Source of the DNA: an uncultured archaeon | GTDB lineage: Archaea > Nanobdellota > Nanobdellia > Pacearchaeales > GW2011-AR1 | Direction: 5' to 3' | Assembly: GCA_903866625.1 (NCBI GenBank) | Contig: CAIPOI010000006.1 | Location: 43,624 to 107,623 of the forward strand | Length of the DNA: 64,000 nucleotides | Shown: in pieces, positions 37,504 through 46,946 of the stretch | Numbering within the stretch: position 1 is the first letter of the stretch | Layout: each line of letters begins with the position of its first letter | Program-made: the position numbers and the translations under genes | Notes under the pieces: generated by a model | Told to the model about the DNA's origin: nothing | The model's database searches: none | Seen by the model: only the letters and a program-made list of their open reading frames with translations

Positions 37504-37944
37504 ATGAAAAAATTCGAGGGACAAGAGTTCTTTAATGAATTAGAAGCTTTTCTGAAAGTACTTGAAAAGAACAAGTTTACAGAATATGTTATTCTTAAGA
37601 TAGACTTTAAAAAACCAAAACATAGCGATATAGACATCCTTACAACTAAGTTTTCAAAATTACAAAATATACTTAAGAAAAACGGATATAAATGTGGCAA
37701 AGATTTAAGGTATTATAAGAAAAATAAAATCCCAATTGATTTGCATGATAAGGTTGGTTGGAATATAGCTCAGTATAGCACAAAAAAACTTATGGGCAGT
37801 AGAATAGAAAAGGAATTAAAGGGTCACAAATTTTATTATATTGGGAGATGGGATGATTTTAGAACAAAAATCGTTCATGATATTTATACTAAATTAGTGG
37901 AGATAAAATGGAGAATTGGCAAAAAGATAGGCTTAGGCGCATAG
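37504..37944 (+). CDS. Nucleotidyltransferase-like protein
   Basis: SDIDIL (DxD) and a downstream IDLH, typical of the pol-beta NTase fold. Confidence 0.55.
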   Translation: MKKFEGQEFFNELEAFLKVLEKNKFTEYVILKIDFKKPKHSDIDILTTKFSKLQNILKKNGYKCGKDLRYYKKNKIPIDLHDKVGWNIAQYSTKKLMGSRIEKELKGHKFYYIGRWDDFRTKIVHDIYTKLVEIKWRIGKKIGLGA

Positions 37945-38486
37945 CTTCAATTGCGAATGCACACATAAGTGCAGGTTCAAAAGTTTTAGATATTGGTTGT
38001 TATAATAGACATATACTACCTCTCTTGAAACCAGGCATAAAATATACTGGAGTAGATATCAACGGAGAGTGTGATGTTAGAGTAGATCTTAATCAAGGAA
38101 AATTGCCATTCAAAGACAATTCATTTGATTTTGTTATATGTGCAGAGATATTTGAGCATATTGTTAGACCTAAAGCATTATTAAAAGAAATAAGAAGGGT
38201 GTTAAAACCCGAGGGATATGCTGTATCTTCCATACCTAATGAAAATCATGTAATAATAAGACTGAGAAGACTCTTTAATATCCGATACAGCTCTTTAGTA
38301 TTTGATGAGAATCCCCAAAGGCATATGCACAGCCCCAGACTTTCAGAAGCAGCAGAGTTTGTAAAAAGTGAATTCGAAATAGTTAAAAAGGAGTATTACA
38401 CTCCTAAATTATGGTTGCAGTTTATTGCAAACCTATGGCCCTCTGCTTTTGCAAGAGGAACAATATTTGAGGTAAGAAAAAAATGA
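37908..38486 (+). CDS. Class I SAM-dependent methyltransferase
   Basis: VLDIGC, LPF.DNSFD, EIFEH and RVLKP.G motifs. Confidence 0.9.
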   Translation: MENWQKDRLRRIASIANAHISAGSKVLDIGCYNRHILPLLKPGIKYTGVDINGECDVRVDLNQGKLPFKDNSFDFVICAEIFEHIVRPKALLKEIRRVLKPEGYAVSSIPNENHVIIRLRRLFNIRYSSLVFDENPQRHMHSPRLSEAAEFVKSEFEIVKKEYYTPKLWLQFIANLWPSAFARGTIFEVRKK

Positions 38487-39145
38487 AAGACGAACAAAAT
38501 CAAACAATAAAGGATTTACATGTAGAAATAGAGAATATCTGCAAGGCAGGATTTCTAAGAACCTGGTATAAAGAAAAAAGATGGAAAATCGCATTAGATT
38601 GGATTGGGAGTGGAAAAAAAGTTTTAGATATTGGATGCAGATGGGGGCACATAACTTATGATATTGCTAAGAAAGGAAATGAAGTAATAGGTATTGACTT
38701 TGTACCAGAATTTATTGAAGAAGCAAAAAAGATTCATGGAGACAAAGTTAAGTTCATGGTAATGGATGCCTATGATCTAAAGTTTAAAGATAAGAGCTTT
38801 GATGCAGTTTTCCTTGGAGAAACATTTGAACATTTAATAGATCCACGAAAAGCCCTAAAGGAAATTAGAAGAGTTCTAAAAGATAATGGAGCCTTAATAA
38901 TTACTACGCCCAATTTTGCTTCTTTTAGAAATAGAATAAAGACTTTTTTAGGCTATCAAAATGATGATTTTTATCTGCACATAAAAGTATGTACAAAAGA
39001 AACTCTTGAAAATCTCTTAAAAGGTGCAGGGTTTAAAATTGAAAAAATTAAGGGCAACCAAATCTCTTTCTTTAATATAAAATTTCCTTGTCCAATAGTA
39101 AGTTTGTGCAATACTTTTATAGTAAAAGCCGTAAAGAAAAAATAA
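38483..39145 (+). CDS. Class I SAM-dependent methyltransferase
   Basis: VLDIGCRWG, F.DKSFD, ETFEH, RVLK and TTPN motifs. Confidence 0.9.
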   Translation: MKDEQNQTIKDLHVEIENICKAGFLRTWYKEKRWKIALDWIGSGKKVLDIGCRWGHITYDIAKKGNEVIGIDFVPEFIEEAKKIHGDKVKFMVMDAYDLKFKDKSFDAVFLGETFEHLIDPRKALKEIRRVLKDNGALIITTPNFASFRNRIKTFLGYQNDDFYLHIKVCTKETLENLLKGAGFKIEKIKGNQISFFNIKFPCPIVSLCNTFIVKAVKKK

Positions 39146-39146
39146 A

Positions 39147-40127
39147 ATGAAAAGTCCTATGACTTTATATAACAGAAGGGAGACTCGTTCTTCAGTATAT
39201 CCAAGAGAGATTAACTTAGAGACAACTAATTTTTGTAACCTTAGATGCATAAGCTGCCCGCAAAGAGGAGAAATGTCCAGAAAAAAAGGTTTTATGGAGT
39301 TTAATCTGTTCAAAAAAATAATAGATCAGGCAAGTGGAAATGTTAGAAATATTCAGCTCCATTTATTTGGAGAGCCATTATTACATCCAGACATAGTAAA
39401 ACAATTAAAATATGCTCATGAAAAAAAAGTAAATCTTGGAATATTTACTAATGCGGCTTTGCTTACTGATGAAAAAGCAGAAGCTCTTGCAGAATATGCA
39501 GATAGAGTAGTAATCTCTTTTAATGGAGCTACAAAAAAAGTTTATGAGAGTATTCAAGTAGGCTCTAATTTTGAAACTACAATGAGCAAAATAAAGAAAT
39601 TTTTAGAAATTGTTAATAAAAAAGGTAAATGTCTTGTTAAACTAAAATTCCTACAAATGAAAGAGAATGAAAGAGAAGCAAAGGATTTTGTGAGTCAGTG
39701 GGAAAAATATAAATCCAAAAAAGTTAATGTTAGTGTTGTAAAAGAGCATGATTGGGCAGGACAATTGGAAAATCTGCCCGAGTGGCAAGAGCAAAAAAGG
39801 GAAAGATATCCCTGTTTCTTACTTTGGAAAATGATGGCTATTGGTTGGGATGGAAGAGTTGGGGTTTGCTGTTATGATTTTAATTTCCCAATAATTCTTG
39901 GAGATCTAAATAAGCAAACCATAAAAGAAGTTTGGAATAGTGAAAAATATAAAAAAATAAGAGAAATGCAGATAAATAGGCAATTTGATAAACTTTCTTT
40001 GTGTAAAAATTGCACTTCTTGGACCCTTTATCCTAAAAAGTTCAGTAAATCCTACATCTTAAAGTCTTCTTTATATAGCAGTTTTTATAAACTATTAAAT
40101 AAATTTGGAAAGTATAGTGTAAAATGA
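39147..40127 (+). CDS. Radical SAM protein with SPASM/twitch domain
   Basis: CNLRCISC, GEPLLHP; C-terminal PC..W..WDG.V..CC.D...C..C. Confidence 0.9.
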   Translation: MKSPMTLYNRRETRSSVYPREINLETTNFCNLRCISCPQRGEMSRKKGFMEFNLFKKIIDQASGNVRNIQLHLFGEPLLHPDIVKQLKYAHEKKVNLGIFTNAALLTDEKAEALAEYADRVVISFNGATKKVYESIQVGSNFETTMSKIKKFLEIVNKKGKCLVKLKFLQMKENEREAKDFVSQWEKYKSKKVNVSVVKEHDWAGQLENLPEWQEQKRERYPCFLLWKMMAIGWDGRVGVCCYDFNFPIILGDLNKQTIKEVWNSEKYKKIREMQINRQFDKLSLCKNCTSWTLYPKKFSKSYILKSSLYSSFYKLLNKFGKYSVK

Positions 40128-41104
40128 AAGTTTTATTAAAATTCCCCGAATGTAACATGCAAGTTATTTCCAATAATGCTGGATTTCTTGAATTTGTTAG
40201 AAGCAACTATTATTTATTTTTAGCAGACAAGCTTGAAAAGATTGATTTGACATCCAAGATAAATTTTGGAGCAGATAAATTTAAAGAATTGCCCATAAGA
40301 ATCTCATCAAAGGCTACCCTATCTAAAGATGCTTTAGTCTATAATGATTCCCCCCTAAGCATACAAATAAAAGATAAACCACTTATATTTGAAGCAAATT
40401 TTAAGCCTACTTTGATAAAACATGTTGCAAGAGCGCTATTAAGAGGAACTACACGAAGGAGAAACGATTATTATGAGTATTTAATACAAAAAATGGTAAG
40501 ATATCCTTTGTTTTTTTATTGGGAAAGAAAGGGTTTTCAATTACATCATTCTGCATCTATAGAAAAAAACGGAAAAGTGTTCTTATTTTTAGGATTAGAT
40601 AAAATGGGTAAAAGTACTACTTCTCTAAAGATGTCTCTAAAGGGCTATAAAATTATGTCTGATAATTTTACACTAATAAAAGATGGAAAAGTATACCCTT
40701 ATCTGAGAGGAGTTCGTGCAACAGATTTTGTTAGAAAAAATTTACCTGAATTGAGATTTAAAAATCTAAAAATTGATGGAAATAAATATCAGATAGTCTT
40801 AGACAATAAAAATTTCTGCTTTAAGCCTACCAAGATAAAAAAATTATTTTTTATGAGAAGAGGCACAGGATTTAAATGTGAAAAAATAGATTCACAGCAA
40901 GCAGCAGAACAGCTTTTAAGCATATCCAATGCTTCTTTGGAGTATCCTCATCATCACTATACTTCACTGATACCTTTTGTAACAAGGGATAAAATAGCCA
41001 TAAGTAGATACAAAAAATATTTAGAATTAGCACAAATACCCGCATATAATTTAGAATATTCTAATTTCAAAGATGTGGAAGAAATAGAAAAAGAGCTTGA
41101 ATAA
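40124..41104 (+). CDS. HprK-related P-loop kinase
   Basis: LHHSASI...LFLGLDKMGKSTT Walker A, followed by SDN. Confidence 0.7.
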   Translation: MKVLLKFPECNMQVISNNAGFLEFVRSNYYLFLADKLEKIDLTSKINFGADKFKELPIRISSKATLSKDALVYNDSPLSIQIKDKPLIFEANFKPTLIKHVARALLRGTTRRRNDYYEYLIQKMVRYPLFFYWERKGFQLHHSASIEKNGKVFLFLGLDKMGKSTTSLKMSLKGYKIMSDNFTLIKDGKVYPYLRGVRATDFVRKNLPELRFKNLKIDGNKYQIVLDNKNFCFKPTKIKKLFFMRRGTGFKCEKIDSQQAAEQLLSISNASLEYPHHHYTSLIPFVTRDKIAISRYKKYLELAQIPAYNLEYSNFKDVEEIEKELE

Positions 41105-41105
41105 A

Positions 41106-41876
41106 ATGGAAGTTAGTGCGATAATACCTACTTATAATCGTAAGGAAATGTTGGAAAAGAATCTAAAGGTTCTTATAAATTTTAAGGAGATTAAGGAAGT
41201 AATTATAGTAGATGATGGTAGTACAGACAATACTTTTGAAATATTAAAAAAATTCTCAGATAAACTCAAAATCAAATATACAAAAAATAAAGTTACAATT
41301 GGTTCTGCTTACTCTTGGAACAAAGGCATATCTTTAGCTTCAAAAGATTATATTCTCTTATTGAATGACGATACTCGTATAATTGAGGATAATTTCTTTG
41401 AGATTCTTGCAGAAGATAAAGAAAAAGCAGACATAATTGGCCCTGCATTAAAGAACACTAAATATGAAAAAATAAATTTTTTATATAAAATAAGAAAAGT
41501 TTTACTCCATATTCTTATAGGGGATCCACTCAAGGCATTTTCTGCAAAGCCCAAATATGTAGATTTTGTTTCAGGAGTTATGTTTTCTTCAAAGAAAATA
41601 ATGGCAGAGATAGGTTTTGATGAAGGGTACGAGGGCAATTGTTTTAGAGAGGAATCAGATTTTCAAAAGAGAGCAAAGAATAGGGGGTATAAAATATTTT
41701 ATGATCCTCGAATAAGTGTTTTGCATGACCAAACTAATGAAGGTGGGCAGAGAAGATTCTCTAAAGAAGAGGATAAAAGGTGGAGAAAAGTAAATCACCA
41801 TAGATTTTTAGATAAAAATTATAAGATATTAAGAATTTTTTGGAAACCTCTTTTCTGGATTTTTACAAAGTTTTAA
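41106..41876 (+). CDS. GT2 glycosyltransferase
   Basis: IIPTYNR, VDDGSTD, LNDD and FDE...EESD motifs. Confidence 0.9.
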   Translation: MEVSAIIPTYNRKEMLEKNLKVLINFKEIKEVIIVDDGSTDNTFEILKKFSDKLKIKYTKNKVTIGSAYSWNKGISLASKDYILLLNDDTRIIEDNFFEILAEDKEKADIIGPALKNTKYEKINFLYKIRKVLLHILIGDPLKAFSAKPKYVDFVSGVMFSSKKIMAEIGFDEGYEGNCFREESDFQKRAKNRGYKIFYDPRISVLHDQTNEGGQRRFSKEEDKRWRKVNHHRFLDKNYKILRIFWKPLFWIFTKF

Positions 41877-43242
41877 TTCTTCTCTTATTGAAAAATAAAG
41901 AAGAAAGATAGAAAATTCTGCTGATGATTATTGCTATAGAAGCCCCGAAAACTGCAAAACTTTCAGAGTATCTTAAGAAATAGGTTACTAAGAAAACATT
42001 AAGCACAAGATTTAATAGAGTGGATAGTGCTAAAAATTTTGCTATTACTTTAGTTTTAGCCTGAGAAATAAAAAAACTTTCATATAGTGCAGATATTGGC
42101 AAGACGATTAGAAGAATTGCTAACAATCTAAAAATATTTATTGATTCAGTATAATTAATTCCGTAGATTATACCAATTATTAGTGGGGCAAAAGTAAGAG
42201 AAAGAATGAATCCGATAAGTGAAAGAATCACAACTAAATTTAAAACCTTTCTAAATCCTACCTGAAGTTGAGTTCCATTGAGCCTACTGAATATTGGCAA
42301 AAGAGAAGTTGAAAATGTAATTAATAATGCAATAGAACCTGCTAAATTAAGCGCTGCGCTGTAGTGTCCAATTATTGAAGCAGAAACAAAATGGCCCAAG
42401 ATAATCATATCAATATATCCAAAAATTAATCCGGATAAAGAAAGCAAAGACAAATTAAAAATAAATCCTCTTATTGAACTTTTTTCATCATGAGAGAGTT
42501 TTTTGGATTTTTTTGATAAGCTTAAAAGATTCTTTCTTACTATTCTTGCATAAAAAATTAGAATTAAAATGTAACAAATAGTGATTGATGCAATCAAATT
42601 AAGAGTTATAATATCTCTAGAATAAGCCATTTTTATAGAGAATAGTGCCAAGGCCGGAACTAAAACCAATCTTAATAGTTGAAAAACTATTTCTTTTACA
42701 AGGGGTTTCTTAAATTGATTCAATCCATTAAATATTCCATCTATAAAGTTTATCAGGTTATAAGCAAACAAATAAACAATTCCTGCAAGCAATGCAAAGA
42801 ATATTGGTTTATTATAGTAGTAATGAGAGATTGGCCAAGAGATTGCAAGAAGTATAAACCCTGCGATTATAATTAAAATAATTTTAAATTTGAATAAGTA
42901 CTGAATATATGCTCTTGCGGAAGAATTTTTATGTTTACCCATGGCGTTTGAAATAAATCTAATTGTTGCAGAAGTTATACCTAGGTCAGATAGACTGGTG
43001 AATATTACTATTGTTGCTAGAGCCAAACTGTATAATCCAAATAGTTCTGGCATCAATATTCTCGCTAATAATATTGTAAAAAATAGCGAACCTATTTTAC
43101 CAGTAAGAGAAGTGGAGAATTGAAAAATAGAATTCTTTATTGCTAAGCCAGTATAGCCCGAATAATCTCTTTTTATTATCCTCTTAAGAATACCCTTAAA
43201 ATCATTTCCAGCAGTATTTATTCTCTTGATTACCTCTTGCAT
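41863..43242 (-). CDS. Oligosaccharide flippase (Wzx/MOP superfamily)
   Basis: Many TMs; LARIL.PE.FG.Y, DLG, D..ILG and G.Y..A motifs. Confidence 0.88.
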   Translation of the reverse strand: MQEVIKRINTAGNDFKGILKRIIKRDYSGYTGLAIKNSIFQFSTSLTGKIGSLFFTILLARILMPELFGLYSLALATIVIFTSLSDLGITSATIRFISNAMGKHKNSSARAYIQYLFKFKIILIIIAGFILLAISWPISHYYYNKPIFFALLAGIVYLFAYNLINFIDGIFNGLNQFKKPLVKEIVFQLLRLVLVPALALFSIKMAYSRDIITLNLIASITICYILILIFYARIVRKNLLSLSKKSKKLSHDEKSSIRGFIFNLSLLSLSGLIFGYIDMIILGHFVSASIIGHYSAALNLAGSIALLITFSTSLLPIFSRLNGTQLQVGFRKVLNLVVILSLIGFILSLTFAPLIIGIIYGINYTESINIFRLLAILLIVLPISALYESFFISQAKTKVIAKFLALSTLLNLVLNVFLVTYFLRYSESFAVFGASIAIIISRIFYLSSLFFNKRRIKTL

Positions 43243-43244
43243 GA

Positions 43245-43703
43245 TTAATTTAGCTTCTTGCGCTTTTTATTCTTTATGAATAGGTGAATTTGAGAAGTTT
43301 TTGAATGTAAGGATTGCCCATGGTTAATTAGGTCAATATAGTCTAAAATTAGATGAAATAAAACTCCGATTAGTATGAACACTAAAACTGGAAAAGGCAA
43401 GGTTAGAATTATTAATATTAGAACAAATTCGACACCATGAAGTATAAAATGTGGATGAACTTTCTTTAAATTTTCTTTCTTAGAGGAATTATAAAATTTT
43501 TTGTGCTCGCAATAAAAGTAGTTATATGCCCTCTTTAAGCTCATATCTTTGTTTTGAAATACAAACAACAAATAGTGGTCTATATCCATAAGAACAGAGG
43601 ACAAAAATATTATTGAAGCAAAAAGTAAAGTTATGCTTGGAAATAAAATAAATAACAAAATTGAAAAAATAAACCCAAAAATAATATGTCTTGAGACTAA
43701 CAT
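43245..43703 (-). CDS. Membrane-bound metal-dependent hydrolase (YdjM/DUF457-like)
   Basis: N-terminal His, DIDH, LH..E and FHLILD motifs within TM segments; ATG at 43703. Confidence 0.7.
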   Translation of the reverse strand: MLVSRHIIFGFIFSILLFILFPSITLLFASIIFLSSVLMDIDHYLLFVFQNKDMSLKRAYNYFYCEHKKFYNSSKKENLKKVHPHFILHGVEFVLILIILTLPFPVLVFILIGVLFHLILDYIDLINHGQSLHSKTSQIHLFIKNKKRKKLN

Positions 43704-43713
43704 GTGAATATAA

Positions 43714-45261
43714 TTAGTTATGATCTTCAATTCTTTTGATAATATCTGCAAAAGCAGGACGTGTTATGAATACTCCTGCAGTTATACCTATAAGCGTTGT
43801 TATCGCGAAACCCTTTAGTAAACCTGCTCCTGCTGCACCTATGCCCATAAATTGGAATAAGCCTGTTAGAGGAACTAAGGAAACAAAAGCTGTAGCAAAA
43901 GAAGTGAATATTATAAATAAAGCTTTTTTTATTCTTTCTTTTAGAGAGTCTACTTTAAATCTGGACTCATCAAGAATAACTATCTGAGAATCAACTCCTG
44001 TACCAATTGTTGCAATAATACCTGCAATAGAAGGCAAATCAAGGTTCCATTTGATTAGTGCAGCGAATCCTAAGATGATAACCAGTTCAGAGAAAGAAGT
44101 GAAAAGTAAGGCTAAGGATATTTTTATGTTCCTATATCGCAGGAATATGATGATAGAAACTGCTAACATAGCAAATAATCCTCCAATTAATATTGCTTCT
44201 GTAAAACTTTTTCCTAAAACTGGAGAAATTGTATCAAGCTTTGAAATTTCTAATTGATAAGGAAGACTTCCTGTAATAAGAATAGTTTGAAGCTTTTTCA
44301 TATTTGTTTCTGCATCAACAACTGCGGAAGCTCTATCTTTTCCAGTTCCAGAACCTTGAATAGATATCTGAGTCGTAATTTGTCCTTTCAAATCCTTTGA
44401 AATATATAATGAATCTGCAAGCTTTCCGTCAATGTATAAATCTAATTTCTGGGAAAGATAACCTGGATCTTCTGTGCTTATTGAAAGATTTCCAGTTACT
44501 GCTGCTTGACGTTTTGCAGCTTCTTCTGTTAAAGAAATAGGAAATCTAAATCTGCATACTTCTCCGCTACTTGTTGAAGAACATCCTTCTATTCCAGATT
44601 GCTGGCCAGATCTTTCAACATGAGCAATATCTTTTCCGCCAGTAAAGATAGTTTCATTACCAATTTTTCCCTCAAATTTTCCTTGCTGTAAAATTAAATC
44701 TTCTAAATCTTTTGGAGTAGAACCTGCAATTTCTATAATCATAAAATTATTCCCCTGCATATCTGAAGCTTTCTTTATATTCAAATCGGATAAGCCCACA
44801 AGATTAAACCTTTCTTGAGAAATTGAGATTAAATCAGTCAATTCTGAGTCGGTTAGACTATGATTCTTTGCAGTTATTAGGGCTCTTGCTCCACCCTGAA
44901 TGTCTAATCCGGTTTTTATTCTTATTCCAGACCTCTCTGAAACAATTATCTGATTTTTTATAGAAGAATTAAACAGACCTATAATTTCTTGTTTATTTGT
45001 TTGAATATCTAATTTATTCATTTGTTTATCCGATAGTAAAGACATAGAATTTTGAAAATCACTAACGTTCTTGATGGTCTGACCATTTACAGTAAGGATT
45101 ATTTCACCAACAGTTAATCCTTGATCTGACAGAGAGGTATTTTTTTCAACAAATTTTACATAAACCCCTGAAGTTGTAAACAAATCCTTAAAAGAAAATA
45201 TAAAGTATAAAGAGAATACTAAAAAGATTATTAACACCCAAGTTTTTACACTTAATTTCAT
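43714..45261 (-). CDS. secD: Protein translocase subunit SecD (with a PDZ-like insert)
   Basis: GLDIQGG, TGSLP, ISPVLG, IGTGVDSQIVI and LKGFA motifs. Confidence 0.93.
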   Translation of the reverse strand: MKLSVKTWVLIIFLVFSLYFIFSFKDLFTTSGVYVKFVEKNTSLSDQGLTVGEIILTVNGQTIKNVSDFQNSMSLLSDKQMNKLDIQTNKQEIIGLFNSSIKNQIIVSERSGIRIKTGLDIQGGARALITAKNHSLTDSELTDLISISQERFNLVGLSDLNIKKASDMQGNNFMIIEIAGSTPKDLEDLILQQGKFEGKIGNETIFTGGKDIAHVERSGQQSGIEGCSSTSSGEVCRFRFPISLTEEAAKRQAAVTGNLSISTEDPGYLSQKLDLYIDGKLADSLYISKDLKGQITTQISIQGSGTGKDRASAVVDAETNMKKLQTILITGSLPYQLEISKLDTISPVLGKSFTEAILIGGLFAMLAVSIIIFLRYRNIKISLALLFTSFSELVIILGFAALIKWNLDLPSIAGIIATIGTGVDSQIVILDESRFKVDSLKERIKKALFIIFTSFATAFVSLVPLTGLFQFMGIGAAGAGLLKGFAITTLIGITAGVFITRPAFADIIKRIEDHN

Positions 45262-46283
45262 TGTTTTTTATGCTCCAGGAACCATTTAATTAAAGAAGTA
45301 TTAGTAATCCAGGTATTAAGCATATCAAATCCGAGGCCGATTAAAAGAATGACAAACATTTGATTTAAAACTGTTCCAAATGGATGAACAAACATTAAAG
45401 CTACTGCAATCGAAGCTATTGCAGTTAGTGTCATAGTCATTCCAGTCTTAAATGCTCCGAATATTTCGTGATTTATAGAAGTATCTTTCCTTTTTAGAAC
45501 TCTTGTCGTTAGAAGAATATCTGTATCCACAGAATAACCGATAAGCATAAGGAAAGCTACGATACCTGCACCAGAAATAGTCAAACCAATTAAGTCAATA
45601 ACTGCAAGAGTCATTACAATATCTGCAAAAGCACAAAACATTACTGCAAAACTTGGAATAGAATTTTTTATGTATAAAGAGACTAAAATTATTATAAAGA
45701 CTAAAAGAAATATGGAAGAAAGTAAGATGTTTAGTTTAAAGAATAGTTTTCCCATAAAAATTCCAAACAAAATATTTAAGAGTATTGCAAGAAGTTTTAT
45801 CTTCCATTTATCAGAGAATATTACGAAAACAACTGCAGCCATCCAAAAGAAAGCTATTAAGACAGTTACTCCTAATTGTTTATAGAAATTTTCACTTAAG
45901 CTTGAACCTATAAATTGAATGTTTGAATTTGAATCAGTAAGAGAGTAACCTAAATATTTTTCTAGAATTGGTTTTATTACTTCTGGTTTTTCAGAGGTCA
46001 TAATTATAACTTGATTTTGTTTTCCGTTCGAGTCCAATAAATATCTGGTTTCTATATCTACAACTTGTGATGAAAGAGTGGTTTGAATTTCATTTGAAGA
46101 AATATTAGTAAAAAGAGTTATAGTTGTTCCACCGGTTAAAGATAAATCTCTATGAACAAAGTCATGATTAGTCATATAAAAATTTGTGATGATTACAATT
46201 GAAAGAATCAAAATTAGTGCAGGTAAGATAAGTGCCTTCTTATAATGCTTGTTATATATTCCGCTTAGTTTTTCTGAAACCAT
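45258..46283 (-). CDS. secF: Protein translocase subunit SecF
   Basis: DLSLTGG, LMLIGYSVDTDILL and TG..MT motifs. Confidence 0.93.
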   Translation of the reverse strand: MVSEKLSGIYNKHYKKALILPALILILSIVIITNFYMTNHDFVHRDLSLTGGTTITLFTNISSNEIQTTLSSQVVDIETRYLLDSNGKQNQVIIMTSEKPEVIKPILEKYLGYSLTDSNSNIQFIGSSLSENFYKQLGVTVLIAFFWMAAVVFVIFSDKWKIKLLAILLNILFGIFMGKLFFKLNILLSSIFLLVFIIILVSLYIKNSIPSFAVMFCAFADIVMTLAVIDLIGLTISGAGIVAFLMLIGYSVDTDILLTTRVLKRKDTSINHEIFGAFKTGMTMTLTAIASIAVALMFVHPFGTVLNQMFVILLIGLGFDMLNTWITNTSLIKWFLEHKKQ

Positions 46284-46293
46284 TTTTGTTTTA

Positions 46294-46406
46294 TGCGCTA
46301 GCGGGGAATCGAACCCCGATCAATTGGTCATTTCACCTTGAGCCCATACTTATATAAGAGCTCGTGGTTTGGAAACCAATAGTACTAGCCGTTATACTAC
46401 CAGCGC
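46294..46406 (-). tRNA. tRNA-Gly(TCC) with a 41-nt canonical intron (46329-46369)
   Basis: Cloverleaf GCGCTGG/CTAGCGC, anticodon stem ATTGG/CCAAT, TTCGATT T-loop; bulge-helix-bulge TTTC/GAAA with CAA and TGA bulges at 37/38. Confidence 0.93.
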
Positions 46407-46434
46407 AGGTAATAATAATGGGTTTTATTGTCTT

Positions 46435-46776
46435 TTAAAGATTGCTATCCTTTAATTTATAGTGGAATTTTCTATGGCAGTTAGCACATAAGACTTCACA
46501 TTTCTTAATTTCTTTTTGGACTCTCTGGATAGAGTAACCTGCATGGACTTTTGTATTGATTCCAAAAAGTTTATCTCTCTTGTTTTTATGATGAAAGTCG
46601 AGGGTTGCTGGATGATTCTCTCCACATTTAATACATCTAAGGGTTTTCTTATATTCTTTAAACCATTTTTTAATTTCTTTTTTTCTTCGAGATATATGTG
46701 CTTTTTCAGATTCTCTGTTAAGAGAATACCAATTTCTCCTATAGGCTCTTCTTTTATCTAAATCTTTATAAGGCAT
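46435..46776 (-). CDS. Small HNH-type endonuclease with zinc knuckles
   Basis: CIKCG..LDFHH...KCEVLCANCH..H; basic N-terminus. Confidence 0.8.
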   Translation of the reverse strand: MPYKDLDKRRAYRRNWYSLNRESEKAHISRRKKEIKKWFKEYKKTLRCIKCGENHPATLDFHHKNKRDKLFGINTKVHAGYSIQRVQKEIKKCEVLCANCHRKFHYKLKDSNL

Positions 46777-46831
46777 AAACTTATAGGGTTTCCAACTATT
46801 AAAATTATTGTAATCCCTTAAGAATAACTAA

Positions 46832-46908
46832 CGCGCCCGAAAGGATTTGAACCTTTGACCCTCTCCTTAGGATGGAGATGCTCTGATTCCGGGCTGAGCT
46901 ACGGGCGC
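46832..46908 (-). tRNA. tRNA-Arg(CCT)
   Basis: GCGCCCG/CGGGCGC acceptor, TCTCC-ATCCTAA-GGAGA anticodon arm, AAAGG-TTCAAAT-CCTTT T arm. Confidence 0.92.
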
Positions 46909-46946
46909 AACAAAATATGCGAGTCTTACTTAGTCTCATGATTCTC

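Noticed and set aside
31557-41104. RiPP (lasso peptide or ranthipeptide) cluster suggested by radical SAM/SPASM, HprK-like kinase and NTase genes
   Set aside because: No precursor peptide, PqqD/RRE domain, lasso cyclase or peptidase seen; the context is glycan biosynthesis.
46787-46795. GGTTTCCAA upstream of the HNH gene, an inverted match to the tRNA-Gly exon/intron junction
   Set aside because: Only 9 bp; compatible with chance.
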